Shown here piece by piece: positions 20,463 through 30,964 of a DNA stretch of 64,000 nt. Source of the stretch: Nitrosopumilus sp. (lineage in GTDB: Archaea > Thermoproteota > Nitrososphaeria > Nitrososphaerales > Nitrosopumilaceae); the NCBI GenBank assembly GCA_965203315.1, contig OZ241857.1, forward strand, positions 1,536,001 to 1,600,000, read 5' to 3'. Made by a program: the position numbers and the translations under genes. Each line of letters starts with the position of its first letter. Positions within the stretch are counted from its first letter, which is position 1. Under the pieces are notes generated by a model that did no database searches, was not told the origin of the DNA, and saw only the letters and a program-made list of their open reading frames with translations.

Positions 20463-21926
20463 TTAGGTATTTATCCCCTCACATGCTTGTTTATCAAATT
20501 GTCCCCAACATTTCTCAAGATTCTTTAATTCATTTGGATCGCATTTGGCTTTTTTTAAACTTTCATCTATTTCGTCGCGAATATCTTTAAGCTTCTCACC
20601 ATTATTAGAAATTTCGTGTTTCAAAAGTGATAAATATCTGAGAAAGGATATTCTTGCATACGTCTCTAATTTCTTTGCTACTTCTTTAATTAACATCCCT
20701 TTGATTTTATCTTCTTTGGGCTCAGACTCGTGAACATATTTACTTCTAAAATCATATACTTTCTTCATAAACTCTACCATATCTATATCGTTAAAGTCAT
20801 TATTCAGTAATGTAGACAATCTGGAAGAAAATCGTTCTCTAAGACATTTGCTGTTTGGTATGATTAAACTCTCTAGCGCTATCACAAAGTCTACAATTCG
20901 TTCATTATGATTTTCGTTCTCCATGGCCATTCCAAAACGATTTATTGCTGACTTTGGATAGTTAGTATTAAATTTTTCTGTCACTGATTCTATAAACTTA
21001 TACAACTCACAAAACAAACTCCATTCTGTATCTTTGATTATGTACTGATTATCAATCATATATTTTGGATAACGAGGTTCTGGAAAACATGGATGAGATA
21101 GAGCAGTTTTATCTGACGCGCTATATATGTCACCAAAAAACAGATCACCTGGTTTAAAGATACTTAATGCATTTGTGATATACTTAAATTTCTCCAGAGC
21201 AGGATAAGATCTTTTATCGTATAGATTATGTAGATCTGTTACTTTTGGATTTAATTCATGTTGCCAATCATCGTTTTGGAATTTTTTTATTAAAACAAAC
21301 CTTAACCATCTGTCTCGATACGCTATTTGATCATCGTAAGGATGAACGATTTTGGAATATTCACTACTAGTTATCTTCCTAATATATAACTCATCGGATA
21401 ATTCCAAATCACTGTTTGATGTGTTGTTGAAATTGTATAGTGGTGCTAACCAGTACTCATAATACATATTGTTTTTTAGAAATGTATTGAAATCTTTGAT
21501 GAATTTTTCACATCCTTCAATATTATGATCGGTTCCATATTCATTCAAATACATTAGAATAAAGTCCGATAGAAATGTCTCCCCCGATGGAAGGTTAGAT
21601 GCTTTTTCCGTATTCTTTCGTGAGTTAATTTCTTTTTTAATGGCATTATCCATTATCTCTTTTGTTTTACTATATGATGGATGTTCGTCAACATTCTCAG
21701 TAATGTGGCATTCTATATCTTTAGCTAGTTTATCGTAATCTATTGACCTGTACTGGATTTTGAGTTCATTATCTACTAGTTTGTAGTATGGATTTTTTAT
21801 TAAATATGGACAATTACAATAGTCTGAAATTTTTGTTTCTGCAAGATTGAGAACATCTTTTAAAAACAATTGCAGATTTTCCAAAATCTCCGAATCTTGT
21901 TCACTTTGTAGATTGTGAAAGACCAT
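20463..21926 (-). CDS. HEPN-domain protein (ApeA-like)
   Basis: DFVIALESL helix and YDFRSKYVH R-x4-H motif; low GC. Confidence 0.75.
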   Translation of the reverse strand: MVFHNLQSEQDSEILENLQLFLKDVLNLAETKISDYCNCPYLIKNPYYKLVDNELKIQYRSIDYDKLAKDIECHITENVDEHPSYSKTKEIMDNAIKKEINSRKNTEKASNLPSGETFLSDFILMYLNEYGTDHNIEGCEKFIKDFNTFLKNNMYYEYWLAPLYNFNNTSNSDLELSDELYIRKITSSEYSKIVHPYDDQIAYRDRWLRFVLIKKFQNDDWQHELNPKVTDLHNLYDKRSYPALEKFKYITNALSIFKPGDLFFGDIYSASDKTALSHPCFPEPRYPKYMIDNQYIIKDTEWSLFCELYKFIESVTEKFNTNYPKSAINRFGMAMENENHNERIVDFVIALESLIIPNSKCLRERFSSRLSTLLNNDFNDIDMVEFMKKVYDFRSKYVHESEPKEDKIKGMLIKEVAKKLETYARISFLRYLSLLKHEISNNGEKLKDIRDEIDESLKKAKCDPNELKNLEKCWGQFDKQACEGINT

Positions 21927-21998
21927 TCACCCCTTTATCTAACATAATATTCCTCCCATGACTACTAATTAATGAGTGTTCTTTTTAATATTTTTGAA

Positions 21999-22577
21999 GG
22001 CGATTAGCTACTTGGGGCCCTAGAACAATTATATAGTAATTTGCGTAGTACGTAACATCAGATATGAAATCTTAGTGGATGCGGGCAATGATTAACTAAC
22101 CATAATCAAGCATCTGGAATCACGTTATTCTAAAAGAATGACCTGCAAGTTTTTCAAGAATGACAAATACTATGCTACGTAGGATAGTTGAGTGATTACG
22201 CTACACAATCTACAAATGGCTTAATTCTACAATGATGATAGGAATATCCAAATCTCAAAATTATGTAATAATGTGTGGAGCGTGCGTTGAATATTGTAAA
22301 TCTTTGATGTTTAGGAAATGAAATGCGTAAATTTTAGTTTTTTGCTATGCTATTTTAGTGCCAGACGAGACAAAGATCCCCCAAAATATCTTTGTAGGTG
22401 AAGTGCACATTAATGGAACGGTTCAGAGGCTGTGCGAAACCGTGTCTGGCAAAGTATCGTAGCGTAAACTCAAAGTTTTCACCACGTCTAGGAGATGGAG
22501 TGAAAATACAATAACCGAGATTGTGCTCTTTGATTCGATGATCCAGTATCTGTTAGGGCCACAGGTAGCTAATCGCC
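21999..22577 (+). mobile_element. Internally deleted, decayed IS1595 derivative
   Basis: TIR GGCGATTAGCTAC / GTAGCTAATCGCC; residual EVHING transposase-like reading; related copies at 7276 and 55179. Confidence 0.75.
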
Positions 22578-22736
22578 AAAATGAATTTTAAACTCTATTT
22601 GATAAATAACATCTGGTTTGATAAATATCCAACATATTGTTAATTTTATGTTTGAATTTCGATGAAAACAATTTGAGAAATTTAGAAAATTTTGCTTGAT
22701 AAAACCGCCACCACCCGTCAAGTTTACAGAATCGAT

Positions 22737-22859
22737 CTAATCACTCTGTTTAGGTGGAATACCTTTCTTAACGCCAGGTATATCTAGTGCTCTAATACCG
22801 CCAAGTAATGATGGTAGCTCCTCCTCTTCATCTTTCTCTTTAGCATGTACTTTGCTCAT
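22737..22859 (-). CDS. Small hypothetical protein (40 aa)
   Basis: MSKVHAKEKDEEEELPSLLGG...; TATATA upstream. Confidence 0.4.
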   Translation of the reverse strand: MSKVHAKEKDEEEELPSLLGGIRALDIPGVKKGIPPKQSD

Positions 22860-22957
22860 TACTCTATATACTCCAGCATCATATATAGGCGTATTGCAGA
22901 CTTGAGTGTAAGATATTAAGTCAAGAAATGAGAGGCACCAAAAGGACAACTTTAGGT

Positions 22958-23071
22958 GGATCTCTTCGATTTACATGGAATAGCATTTCGTAAGGCTTTT
23001 CCTATAATTTTCTCTCATAGAATCTTAGTATTTTTCTATAAACATTCATCACACGTAAATCGAAGAGCTCC
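22958..23071. mobile_element. IS6-derived MITE
   Basis: GGATCTCTTCGATTTAC ... GTAAATCGAAGAGCTCC. Confidence 0.8.
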
Positions 23072-23648
23072 ACCACTAATTCAAACAAATCTTTGTGTAT
23101 TTGAAACAAAACAACGTAAATCTCTGAAAGTCTCATCATGTTTAGACATGTTGAGATGAAATACGCATACAGTCTAGAATAAAAAGAACCAGTCCTAAAG
23201 TGAAACAAGATTCCAAATGAACAGATCAAAATTCTGACAGTGAAATAATTTTCATTTAAGACACTTCTCACGAACAGTATTGTACACAAGATTACCAGAC
23301 TCAGTTAAAAGAGTCCAATGAGAGTTGAGAATGATCCAATGATCGTTTGATGTCCTTGATGGTACTCCAACTGTATCGTATGAATGGTAATCTATTTCCT
23401 TGTGATACTGTTTGGTGCAGAAAATCTCTTGTCTTTTGATCCGAAGTTGCGCCACTACCTACAGAATGATACTTGTTTATGATGCTGATGACGTTATCGT
23501 ATGATACTTTTGCAATGATCGATGCAGCTGACACTATGCTGTATCTCTCGTCTGCTTTGTGGGTTGCCTGTACTTTGGCACCGGCAAGTCGAAGTATACG
23601 CTCTGCACAGGTCTTGGGGTTGCCTGGCGAATCCACGATTGTATGATC

Positions 23649-24893
23649 CAGACATCGCAAATGTACGTGTAAATTTTGGCATCTAGGGTGCAATCGGCTC
23701 AGGCGGAGGCTCAGGTGGGATCTCGATCAATGTTTGCACTGTTTTAAGAAACAAGCTTTGGTACATCTTGTGAGATGTGATACCTTCAACCAACAATACA
23801 AGATTGAATATAGTCCACAAGTTTAGCAACATTTGTGCAGACATGAACATGTATGTTCTACACGGTGTTGATCTACTGTGAGTTCTAACACGCATATTTC
23901 GAGTAAATTTGAATCCATTCTCAATCTCCCAACGATCGCGATATTTCTCTAGATCAATATTTGGATCATTTGTTGCAAATGCTCTATACTCTTCTGGGTC
24001 ATCTCTGTCACGAGTTATTATGATGTAACATCCTGCTTGATCCTTGTTGTTCTTTATTACATATTTTGACACTCTAACTCGTTCTCCTCGTTTGTATTCC
24101 TCTATTGCTTTTTTATGCCAGAAGTGTTTACGCATGGCATCAGATATTTGTGTCTAGTTCCATTCAAGAATTTGATCATAGCAACTGAATAAAACCCACG
24201 ATCGGCAACAAACAGCGCTGGTCTTGTAGAGTTTATTTCGTAAAAATCTACAATTTTAGGCATAAAATCAGCATTTTTTTCCCCTTTTTTGACTGAAAAT
24301 GTAGATAAAACAAGTCTTGTGCCGGGGTTGACCAGCTGTGCAGAGATGTGTGTCTCAAATACAGTCGTACCATCTTTCGCTCTACCCTTAATCAGATCTG
24401 GATTATCTTTATCATATCTTGAAAAACTCGTTCTGTCTACTCCAATGATAGGATGTCGAGGAAAGCGACCAAGCCGTTTTAGCTCTGACAGGTGTTGCGT
24501 CACGGCATACTTGAATATCTCATCTATCGGTTTCTCACACGTCTCTTCGATCCTCTTCCTAATCCATTCGCCTGTAGGTGCATAACCATCACTATCTCTG
24601 ATCAATCTGGAACGATCAGCAGGAGATTTGTTTGCTACTGCCGCATCTATGATGATCTTGAGTCCGTCCCATTTTGTGTATTTGGCATTGTGATAATTAG
24701 ATACTTTGAATGGTATCTGATCCATAGCGTTTATGAAAATATATCTATAAGTAGAACGGTTTCTAGATACTGCTTGTCTCAGCGAGTCTGATTGTTTGCG
24801 CATTAGATTCCTGAGACATGCAATCCTTATTGACTTTGTTTGATCGATATTTTTGATCTTTTGGTTAAATTATAGTTACTTTTGCGATGTCTG
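23649..24893 (-). mobile_element. ISH3/IS4-like element with 6-bp TSD
   Basis: TIR CAGACATCGCAAA; TSD ATGATC at 23643-23648 and 24894-24899. Confidence 0.9.
23683..24803 (-). pseudogene. ISH3-like transposase in two frames, break at A AAA AAG (24108-24114)
   Basis: IGVDRT, VADRGFY in first ORF; YRDRWEIENGF in second; a -1 shift joins them. Confidence 0.8.
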
Positions 24894-25208
24894 ATGATCA
24901 GGTTTGAGCTCTTTGATGATATCTGTAAATGAGATCGCCTCTAAAAAATCCAAGTTATGATAACATCGATATCTGTCTACGATACTAGCACTCTTGTATG
25001 ATGTATGGTGCGAGTGTATGATATCTATTATCTTTGGATATAATGTCTGTCGTTCATACTTTGTTAATGTCTTTGAATCTCTGACTCCTATCTCGTCTAG
25101 TTTGTAGACGTCTGACTCTTTGATCAGTATACCTGCTGATACTAGTGGGCCGATTACTTCACCACGTCCTGCTTCATCGATACCACAGATCATCATGTCT
25201 ACGATCGA

Positions 25209-25613
25209 TTATTCATCTTGGGACTCTTTGGCCTTCTTTTTGATGTATGACTCTGCCCAGTCTACTGTTATTACGCCTGCCTCGGATAGGTTGGTCAACG
25301 TGTTTGTCGATGCTTCGCCGGTAACCTTGCCGTTTAGTCGTCTTATCTGTCGCCACTTTAGTGAAGTGTTTCCACTCTTAGAGTTGTAGATTATTCCCAA
25401 AACGTCTTTTGCGTTCACAAATGTGATATCTCGTATCTTCTTTAATGTGACCTTGTCTGCCGACTCGACATAGATGGATCCAAGACCCTCTTCTCGTTCT
25501 GCAAACACCTCATAGTCGTCCATATAGCTACGTGGTGCGTATGATCTACATGTACTGTATATGATGAATCTTCTAAAACTATCCAGCGATGATGGCGCAT
25601 CAATCGTAACCAT
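25209..25613 (-). CDS. Hypothetical protein
   Basis: Clean ORF with host-like composition, likely start MVTIDAPSSL. Confidence 0.7.
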   Translation of the reverse strand: MVTIDAPSSLDSFRRFIIYSTCRSYAPRSYMDDYEVFAEREEGLGSIYVESADKVTLKKIRDITFVNAKDVLGIIYNSKSGNTSLKWRQIRRLNGKVTGEASTNTLTNLSEAGVITVDWAESYIKKKAKESQDE

Positions 25614-25684
25614 TTTGAAATATTCATTGAATAGCCATTTATCAAGCTTCTTGAAAGACTCTAGTAATATCACTATGTGGTTGT

Positions 25685-25740
25685 GGGCTGTGATGAACCT
25701 ATCCCTTTGATCGATGATGAGGATCTTGAGTTCTGAGCCC
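25685..25740 (+). ncRNA. C/D-box methylation guide sRNA
   Basis: GGGC stem, C GTGATGA (25690), D' TTGA, C' ATGATGA (25714), D CTGA (25733), GCCC stem; 10-nt and 12-nt guides. Confidence 0.85.
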
Positions 25741-25776
25741 CAGTAGACTTAGATGTACCAGTACACTGATCAAATC

Positions 25777-25941
25777 CTATCCAAAGTCTGCATCCCGTTT
25801 TTGACTCTGAGACTCGTTTGCTCTAGACGCTGCACGAAACGCTTCATCGTGGTTTTGAGATCCGTGTCCACACTGTACGCAACCCATCTTGAAACCATCT
25901 TCGTCTTTCTCAAACTTTTGACAGCCACAGAAACATGCCAT
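25777..25941 (-). CDS. Small Cys-rich (Zn-binding) protein
   Basis: MACFCGC...CVQCGH...H. Confidence 0.6.
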   Translation of the reverse strand: MACFCGCQKFEKDEDGFKMGCVQCGHGSQNHDEAFRAASRANESQSQKRDADFG

Positions 25942-26240
25942 TGTGTATATTCTAGATGTCATCGATATATCTCTTGGGAATTGTATGCAGATTGGACGTC
26001 AGTCTTTTCTATATTGTGAAGGTTTTGTGATTTTTGTCGATAAACGAGATTAGACACAAGTCTGACTATGTAATTGTAAAGTTGAATATACCGTTTGGCT
26101 AAATTTATGATTTCGTTATGTTTATTATCAAAATATTAGTCGAAAAGTCTGCAAAACATCTCTTGTCTCACGCTCCATCTCTAGATGATTTACAGAACTA
26201 GTCAAAGGATAAATATACATAATCTACAACTAGTAATGGG

Positions 26241-27605
26241 ATGTTAGTTAACAAATCTGAAAATTTTGATGTATTTATGCAACAATTTCACAGCTTTAAA
26301 ACACTGAATGATGAAGATGATAGACCCTTTGAGACATATGTGATGAAGTATCCTGTAGAGTCTTCCAAACATGCCTCTTCAATAGCTAAATGCTCTCCAC
26401 AAACACAAAATGACTTTTTGTCTGGAATCAGAAATGTGATCGACGACAAAATGACTTTGGATTGGATTTCGCTTTTGGGTATGATTGAACTAGTGTCCAT
26501 ATCAGGATCTAGTGTGAATCCTGATCAAGATGATGCCATACTTAATGCATGTGGTGTGCTTGTAAGAGGATTAGAATTTAATATGATTGATTACTCCTTT
26601 AAAGATCAAATTATCAATATTACTAACAGGATGCTTGAAATTGGAGATGCATATAATGAACCTGACTTTGCAGTAAATGATGCCACTGACTCTCTAACAC
26701 GTTCTATAAACTATATTGACGGAATGTCTTTTCATGTATTGTGTAGATATTTAGAATGGTGTCACAATAATGAAAAACTAGATAATACATTTACTAGGGA
26801 TAACAAACAAATCTTTGAAAAGTATTTAGATGATTTTAAAAACCACACAATAGCTAGACACTCAGTAATGGGATTCTTTTTTTCTTGGTTTTTCTCTATC
26901 GACAAACAATGGACTATTGATATTGTGTTTAAAAAAATTCAGTCAAGTTTACCAAAATTAAAGATCTCTTTTTGGTCTTCTTTTGTATTGTTTATGAAAG
27001 AAAAACCACTCTTAATAGCATTGAGTGCAATGTATGATGAGTTTCTTAACGGCACAATAATATCTGATTTACATAATACTGTGATATATAGAGATACTAT
27101 AGATCATGTTGTGCTAGGATACTTGAATGATGTGGACAAATTTGATGAAATATTTAAAAAATTTATTAAATTTACAGATGATGAATCCATAGATCACTGT
27201 GCTAGTGTTATAGCTTGTATTCCATTGAGATATAAGGATATCTCTGTTTTTAAAGATAAAATAAATCTACTATGGAAGAATACTAGATTTGTAGAATCAA
27301 AGTATTTTGAAATGTGGTTTAAAAATAATCCATTTGACAAGGATAATATTGATCTGTTTCTAAATTATGCTAAAACTAGAACTAGGCCATTTCCATATTC
27401 AACATTTCCTACAGATAGACTTGGTGAATATATTGATGAATATCCAATCAAAGTAGCAGAATGTGTTAATTTGCTTGTTGGTAAACATGAATATATGACT
27501 AGTTCCATGATGGAATCATTACTTTATAATCTTCGCAAGAAAAATAACCCCCAAGTTAACAAGATATGTGACGAGATTAACAAAAAAATGCTAACTTTTG
27601 TTTAG
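26241..27605 (+). CDS. Hypothetical protein, homolog of the C-terminal part of 13067-16381
   Basis: Colinear matches such as RHSVMGFFFSWFFSIDKQWT vs FHTMLGYYFPNLLLLDKDWT and YPIKVAEC vs YPIEVLEC. Confidence 0.65.
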   Translation: MLVNKSENFDVFMQQFHSFKTLNDEDDRPFETYVMKYPVESSKHASSIAKCSPQTQNDFLSGIRNVIDDKMTLDWISLLGMIELVSISGSSVNPDQDDAILNACGVLVRGLEFNMIDYSFKDQIINITNRMLEIGDAYNEPDFAVNDATDSLTRSINYIDGMSFHVLCRYLEWCHNNEKLDNTFTRDNKQIFEKYLDDFKNHTIARHSVMGFFFSWFFSIDKQWTIDIVFKKIQSSLPKLKISFWSSFVLFMKEKPLLIALSAMYDEFLNGTIISDLHNTVIYRDTIDHVVLGYLNDVDKFDEIFKKFIKFTDDESIDHCASVIACIPLRYKDISVFKDKINLLWKNTRFVESKYFEMWFKNNPFDKDNIDLFLNYAKTRTRPFPYSTFPTDRLGEYIDEYPIKVAECVNLLVGKHEYMTSSMMESLLYNLRKKNNPQVNKICDEINKKMLTFV

Positions 27606-27614
27606 AGACACAAA

Positions 27615-28058
27615 CTATACATCAAATAACTTTTTTAATATTTTCTGTATTTCGTTCATTTTTAGTTCAGCATCCTCCTGGGTTATATTCCTACCATGAT
27701 GAGCTACATCACTTAATTTTCTGTATTGATGTGGTATGTCTTTACATATGTTCTTGAGTTTATTCTCATACTCTAATTCTAGTTTTTCCGAACCAGTATT
27801 CATAAAACCTATGTTTTTTGATATGTTGAGTATTCTATTTATTCCGGGTTTGCGGTTTATTTTCTTATTAGCCTGAGAGAATCTTGCTAAAAGATCAATA
27901 ACTTCTCTTAACGAATGAGCAAAATGCACCAGTCTATCATTGTACTCTTCCGAACGAAGAGCGATTATAGATCCCAAATAAGCATCTTTTATTTTTGGAT
28001 AATATTTTTCAAGTCTGTTTGATATGATCTCTTCTTCAGAACTATAGATTTGTTTCAT
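27615..28058 (-). CDS. HEPN-like domain protein, homolog of the N-terminus of 13067-16381
   Basis: DRLVHFAHSLREVIDLL vs DRVSQSAHSARETLNLI; SDVAHH vs VSISHH. Confidence 0.65.
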   Translation of the reverse strand: MKQIYSSEEEIISNRLEKYYPKIKDAYLGSIIALRSEEYNDRLVHFAHSLREVIDLLARFSQANKKINRKPGINRILNISKNIGFMNTGSEKLELEYENKLKNICKDIPHQYRKLSDVAHHGRNITQEDAELKMNEIQKILKKLFDV

Positions 28059-28349
28059 AACACTAAATCACACTTACAATATAATAAGTATTTTGAGAGG
28101 TTTTACGTAATCCACAAAATCTAGAGAATTTCGAGTTTCAAATCTATCGAATGCGAGATCTATAGTTACAAACAGAAGTTCACATTTGTCCATGATTTGC
28201 TGCTAATCTGGACAATTTTTATCACTCTCAACTTACGAGTTACGAACACATCTACCAACATTCTTGATTGATACATGTGACTACCAACTTGTAGTAGCTA
28301 TAGATCACTTTAACAAAACTAAAAAAAGCTATAACTTTCTTGTACCATA

Positions 28350-30056
28350 ATGCACATCAAATATTCAGATCAATTGTTGACCAATTTCCCAACCAAGATG
28401 TCTCCTAGAGAGATCCAAAAAGAGATTCTAGCAAAGATAGCCGAAGAGTTGAACTCTGGTTACAAAAAGATAGTCGTCTCTGCACCTACAGGTTCTGGTA
28501 AATCTGCCATTGCTGTGGCATTGGCAAACACATTCAAGAGTTCGTTTATCGTTACGAGCCAAAAGTCACTTCAAGATCAATATACCAAGGACTTTAGACA
28601 TATCAGATCTGTCAAAGGTATGGCAAACTTTGCTTGCCTGAAACAGATGGAGCGGCACAAGCCACGCAGTATAACAGATAGAGGTCTTGCACTAGAGAGG
28701 GGCATGACATGCAACAAGGGTGAATGCAAAGAGAGATACTTTGAGAATGGGAAAAGAAAGACTCGACGCTGTAAATTCCAACACTCGATTGAAACCTTTG
28801 ATATGGAAGATGATGACAACTTGTGTCCATACTATAAACAAAAGTACATCGGACTTTTAGCAGATCATTCTCTGTGGAATTATGCAATATACTTTCAAAC
28901 CATAAAGTCATCAAGTGAACAGGTGTATCACCAATGTTTGGAGAATAGACGTATTGCTATATTTGATGAGGCACACAAGATTGAGAATGAGATACTGAAC
29001 TTTATCGGACTAGACTTTACCACATTAGACATGGAAAGATGTAAGATGGATCCGAGTCGTTATAATCTAGATGATGTTGGTGATATCATTGATATTGTTT
29101 CCGAGATGGAAAAGTATTACTCCAACGCAGCTAAAGTTATTGAAGAGAGTAAAGACTATCAGATAAATCCCAATTATAATCTGATTAAACCACTTTTGGA
29201 TAAATGTGAAGCATTAAAGAATGTTGGCCATGAACTTAAAAGTGATCCATACAACTTTGTCATAGATCAGATAGAGGAAGTAGATCACATCAACATCTCT
29301 GTCAAACCGTTACAGATATCAAGGTACATCAGACAATTCTTTATCAGTCCATGTCAGATATTCATGTCTGCAACCATAGATCGAGATTCATTCTGCGAAA
29401 CTACTGGAATTCCAAAAGATAAGGTTGGATTTGTAGATACTCCAAAGTCACCATTCAGATTGGAAAATCGTTGTGTCGATATGCTTGATGTAGCAAAACT
29501 AGTCTATAAAACACAGACACCAGAGATAGAGATGAAGATCGTACGAGCAATAGACAACATACTGGACAATAAACATCCAAATGATCGTGGAATCATACTA
29601 ACAACATCTAAAAAATGGTGCGATATAATATACAGCAATCTGTTGCCCCGCAACAAGAGACGAATCAAACTATGTCACGCGTCCAATAATCCAGGCGGAA
29701 AGAGTCAGAAAGAGATACTTGAAGAACATGCTACAACCTTACGCAGTGTTCTCCTGTCATCATCTCTATGGGAAGGAGTCGATCTCAAAGATGATCTATC
29801 TAGATTTCAGATAATCGCAAAGATTCCATATCCGCCTCTGAGTGACAAACGGACAAGGACCAAGATGTACAAGTATCCATTATGGTATTCAGCTCAAACT
29901 TTGACTAGACTGTTACAAGGATTTGGAAGATCAATAAGAAATGAGCGTGACTGGGCAAGGACGTACGTTCTAGACTCTAAGGTACATGATCTGATATCAT
30001 CTACAAAAAATATAATCCCCAAGTCATACTATGATACTCTGGGATTTGATGTGTAG
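28350..30056 (+). CDS. DinG/XPD (Rad3)-like ATP-dependent DNA helicase
   Basis: Q motif, APTGSGKS, DEAH, MSAT, WEGVD, QGFGRSIR; four Cys (ACL, TC, RC, CPYY). Confidence 0.9.
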   Translation: MHIKYSDQLLTNFPTKMSPREIQKEILAKIAEELNSGYKKIVVSAPTGSGKSAIAVALANTFKSSFIVTSQKSLQDQYTKDFRHIRSVKGMANFACLKQMERHKPRSITDRGLALERGMTCNKGECKERYFENGKRKTRRCKFQHSIETFDMEDDDNLCPYYKQKYIGLLADHSLWNYAIYFQTIKSSSEQVYHQCLENRRIAIFDEAHKIENEILNFIGLDFTTLDMERCKMDPSRYNLDDVGDIIDIVSEMEKYYSNAAKVIEESKDYQINPNYNLIKPLLDKCEALKNVGHELKSDPYNFVIDQIEEVDHINISVKPLQISRYIRQFFISPCQIFMSATIDRDSFCETTGIPKDKVGFVDTPKSPFRLENRCVDMLDVAKLVYKTQTPEIEMKIVRAIDNILDNKHPNDRGIILTTSKKWCDIIYSNLLPRNKRRIKLCHASNNPGGKSQKEILEEHATTLRSVLLSSSLWEGVDLKDDLSRFQIIAKIPYPPLSDKRTRTKMYKYPLWYSAQTLTRLLQGFGRSIRNERDWARTYVLDSKVHDLISSTKNIIPKSYYDTLGFDV

Positions 30057-30148
30057 AATATCGCCCTAAAATATCAAAACTCTTGACCAGCTCTTGAGAT
30101 TCTTGAATATGCTTTTAGAGATATATGTGAAAATGTAAGCGAGATCTT

Positions 30149-30715
30149 GTGGTTCGTTATATTGGATCATTAAAAGTACAGGATGCATATGCATGTGATG
30201 GCGGTATGATCATACCTGATACTATCATTAGTATGAATATGTCGTATCATCACCCAACTCAGATATTTGCTTATGGTGTGGTGGCACGAATCGCAGACGA
30301 GTTGATGAGAGCATTAGAGATATCTGTTGGTGATGTCATCAAGATAAAAGGCATGTACGAGACTGTTGTAAAATGTCTGCCACTATATCCATCAGATGAA
30401 GAGGAGAAGATAATCAGGATAGACAATACTATAAGATCAGATATAATTACAGATATTGGAGAACAGGTATCTCTAAAAAAAGTAAAACCTATTCCAGCTA
30501 GAGAACTCATCATGCAACCACTAGAGAGAGATGTAGGTTATAGCGTGGGTGACGTGTTAGGTGCACTAGAGGGTCTTCCATTAATACAAGAGAAGGTGAT
30601 GGGTTTTCCATACTTTGCAGGTCAATTGCCGTTTCGTGTGCGTTATGTTGTGCCAAATTCTACTGTTATAGTTACAAAGAATACTGTCATAGAGTTTGAA
30701 GATGTTGGAAGATAA
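30149..30715 (+). CDS. Stand-alone CDC48/VAT N-terminal domain protein
   Basis: VARI..GDVIKIKG..TVVKCLPLYPSDE..IIRID; no AAA domain follows. Confidence 0.7.
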   Translation: MVRYIGSLKVQDAYACDGGMIIPDTIISMNMSYHHPTQIFAYGVVARIADELMRALEISVGDVIKIKGMYETVVKCLPLYPSDEEEKIIRIDNTIRSDIITDIGEQVSLKKVKPIPARELIMQPLERDVGYSVGDVLGALEGLPLIQEKVMGFPYFAGQLPFRVRYVVPNSTVIVTKNTVIEFEDVGR

Positions 30716-30732
30716 TCTCAAATGATATCTAT
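30526..30732 (+). repeat. 207-bp direct repeat, copy 1
   Basis: Matches 32720-32926 with one visible substitution. Confidence 0.9.
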
Positions 30733-30845
30733 GGATTGATATCAAGTTTAGCTCAAAACTATTCATACTCTCGAGATGTGTATTTGACACGGTATTTTCT
30801 CACGATTCATCGATTTCTGCTCTTGGTTGATAAACGCTTTGTACG

Positions 30846-30923
30846 GGATTCTCCGATTTACGCGATATGACATTTTACAAGACTCTTTCTCACTTAATTT
30901 CATCATGTAAATCGAAGAGATCC
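30846..30923. mobile_element. IS6-derived MITE
   Basis: GGATTCTCCGATTTACG ... GTAAATCGAAGAGATCC. Confidence 0.75.
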
Positions 30924-30964
30924 TAATACTAAGGATTATATAAGATCATGGACATATATAGAGC

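Larger units (their letters stand above)
23301..25196 (-). pseudogene. rnhB: Ribonuclease HII interrupted by an ISH3-like element
   Basis: GIDEAGRG, GVRDSK, HKAD..VSAASIIAKV; removing 23649-24893 plus one TSD gives an in-frame 214-aa protein. Confidence 0.9.
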
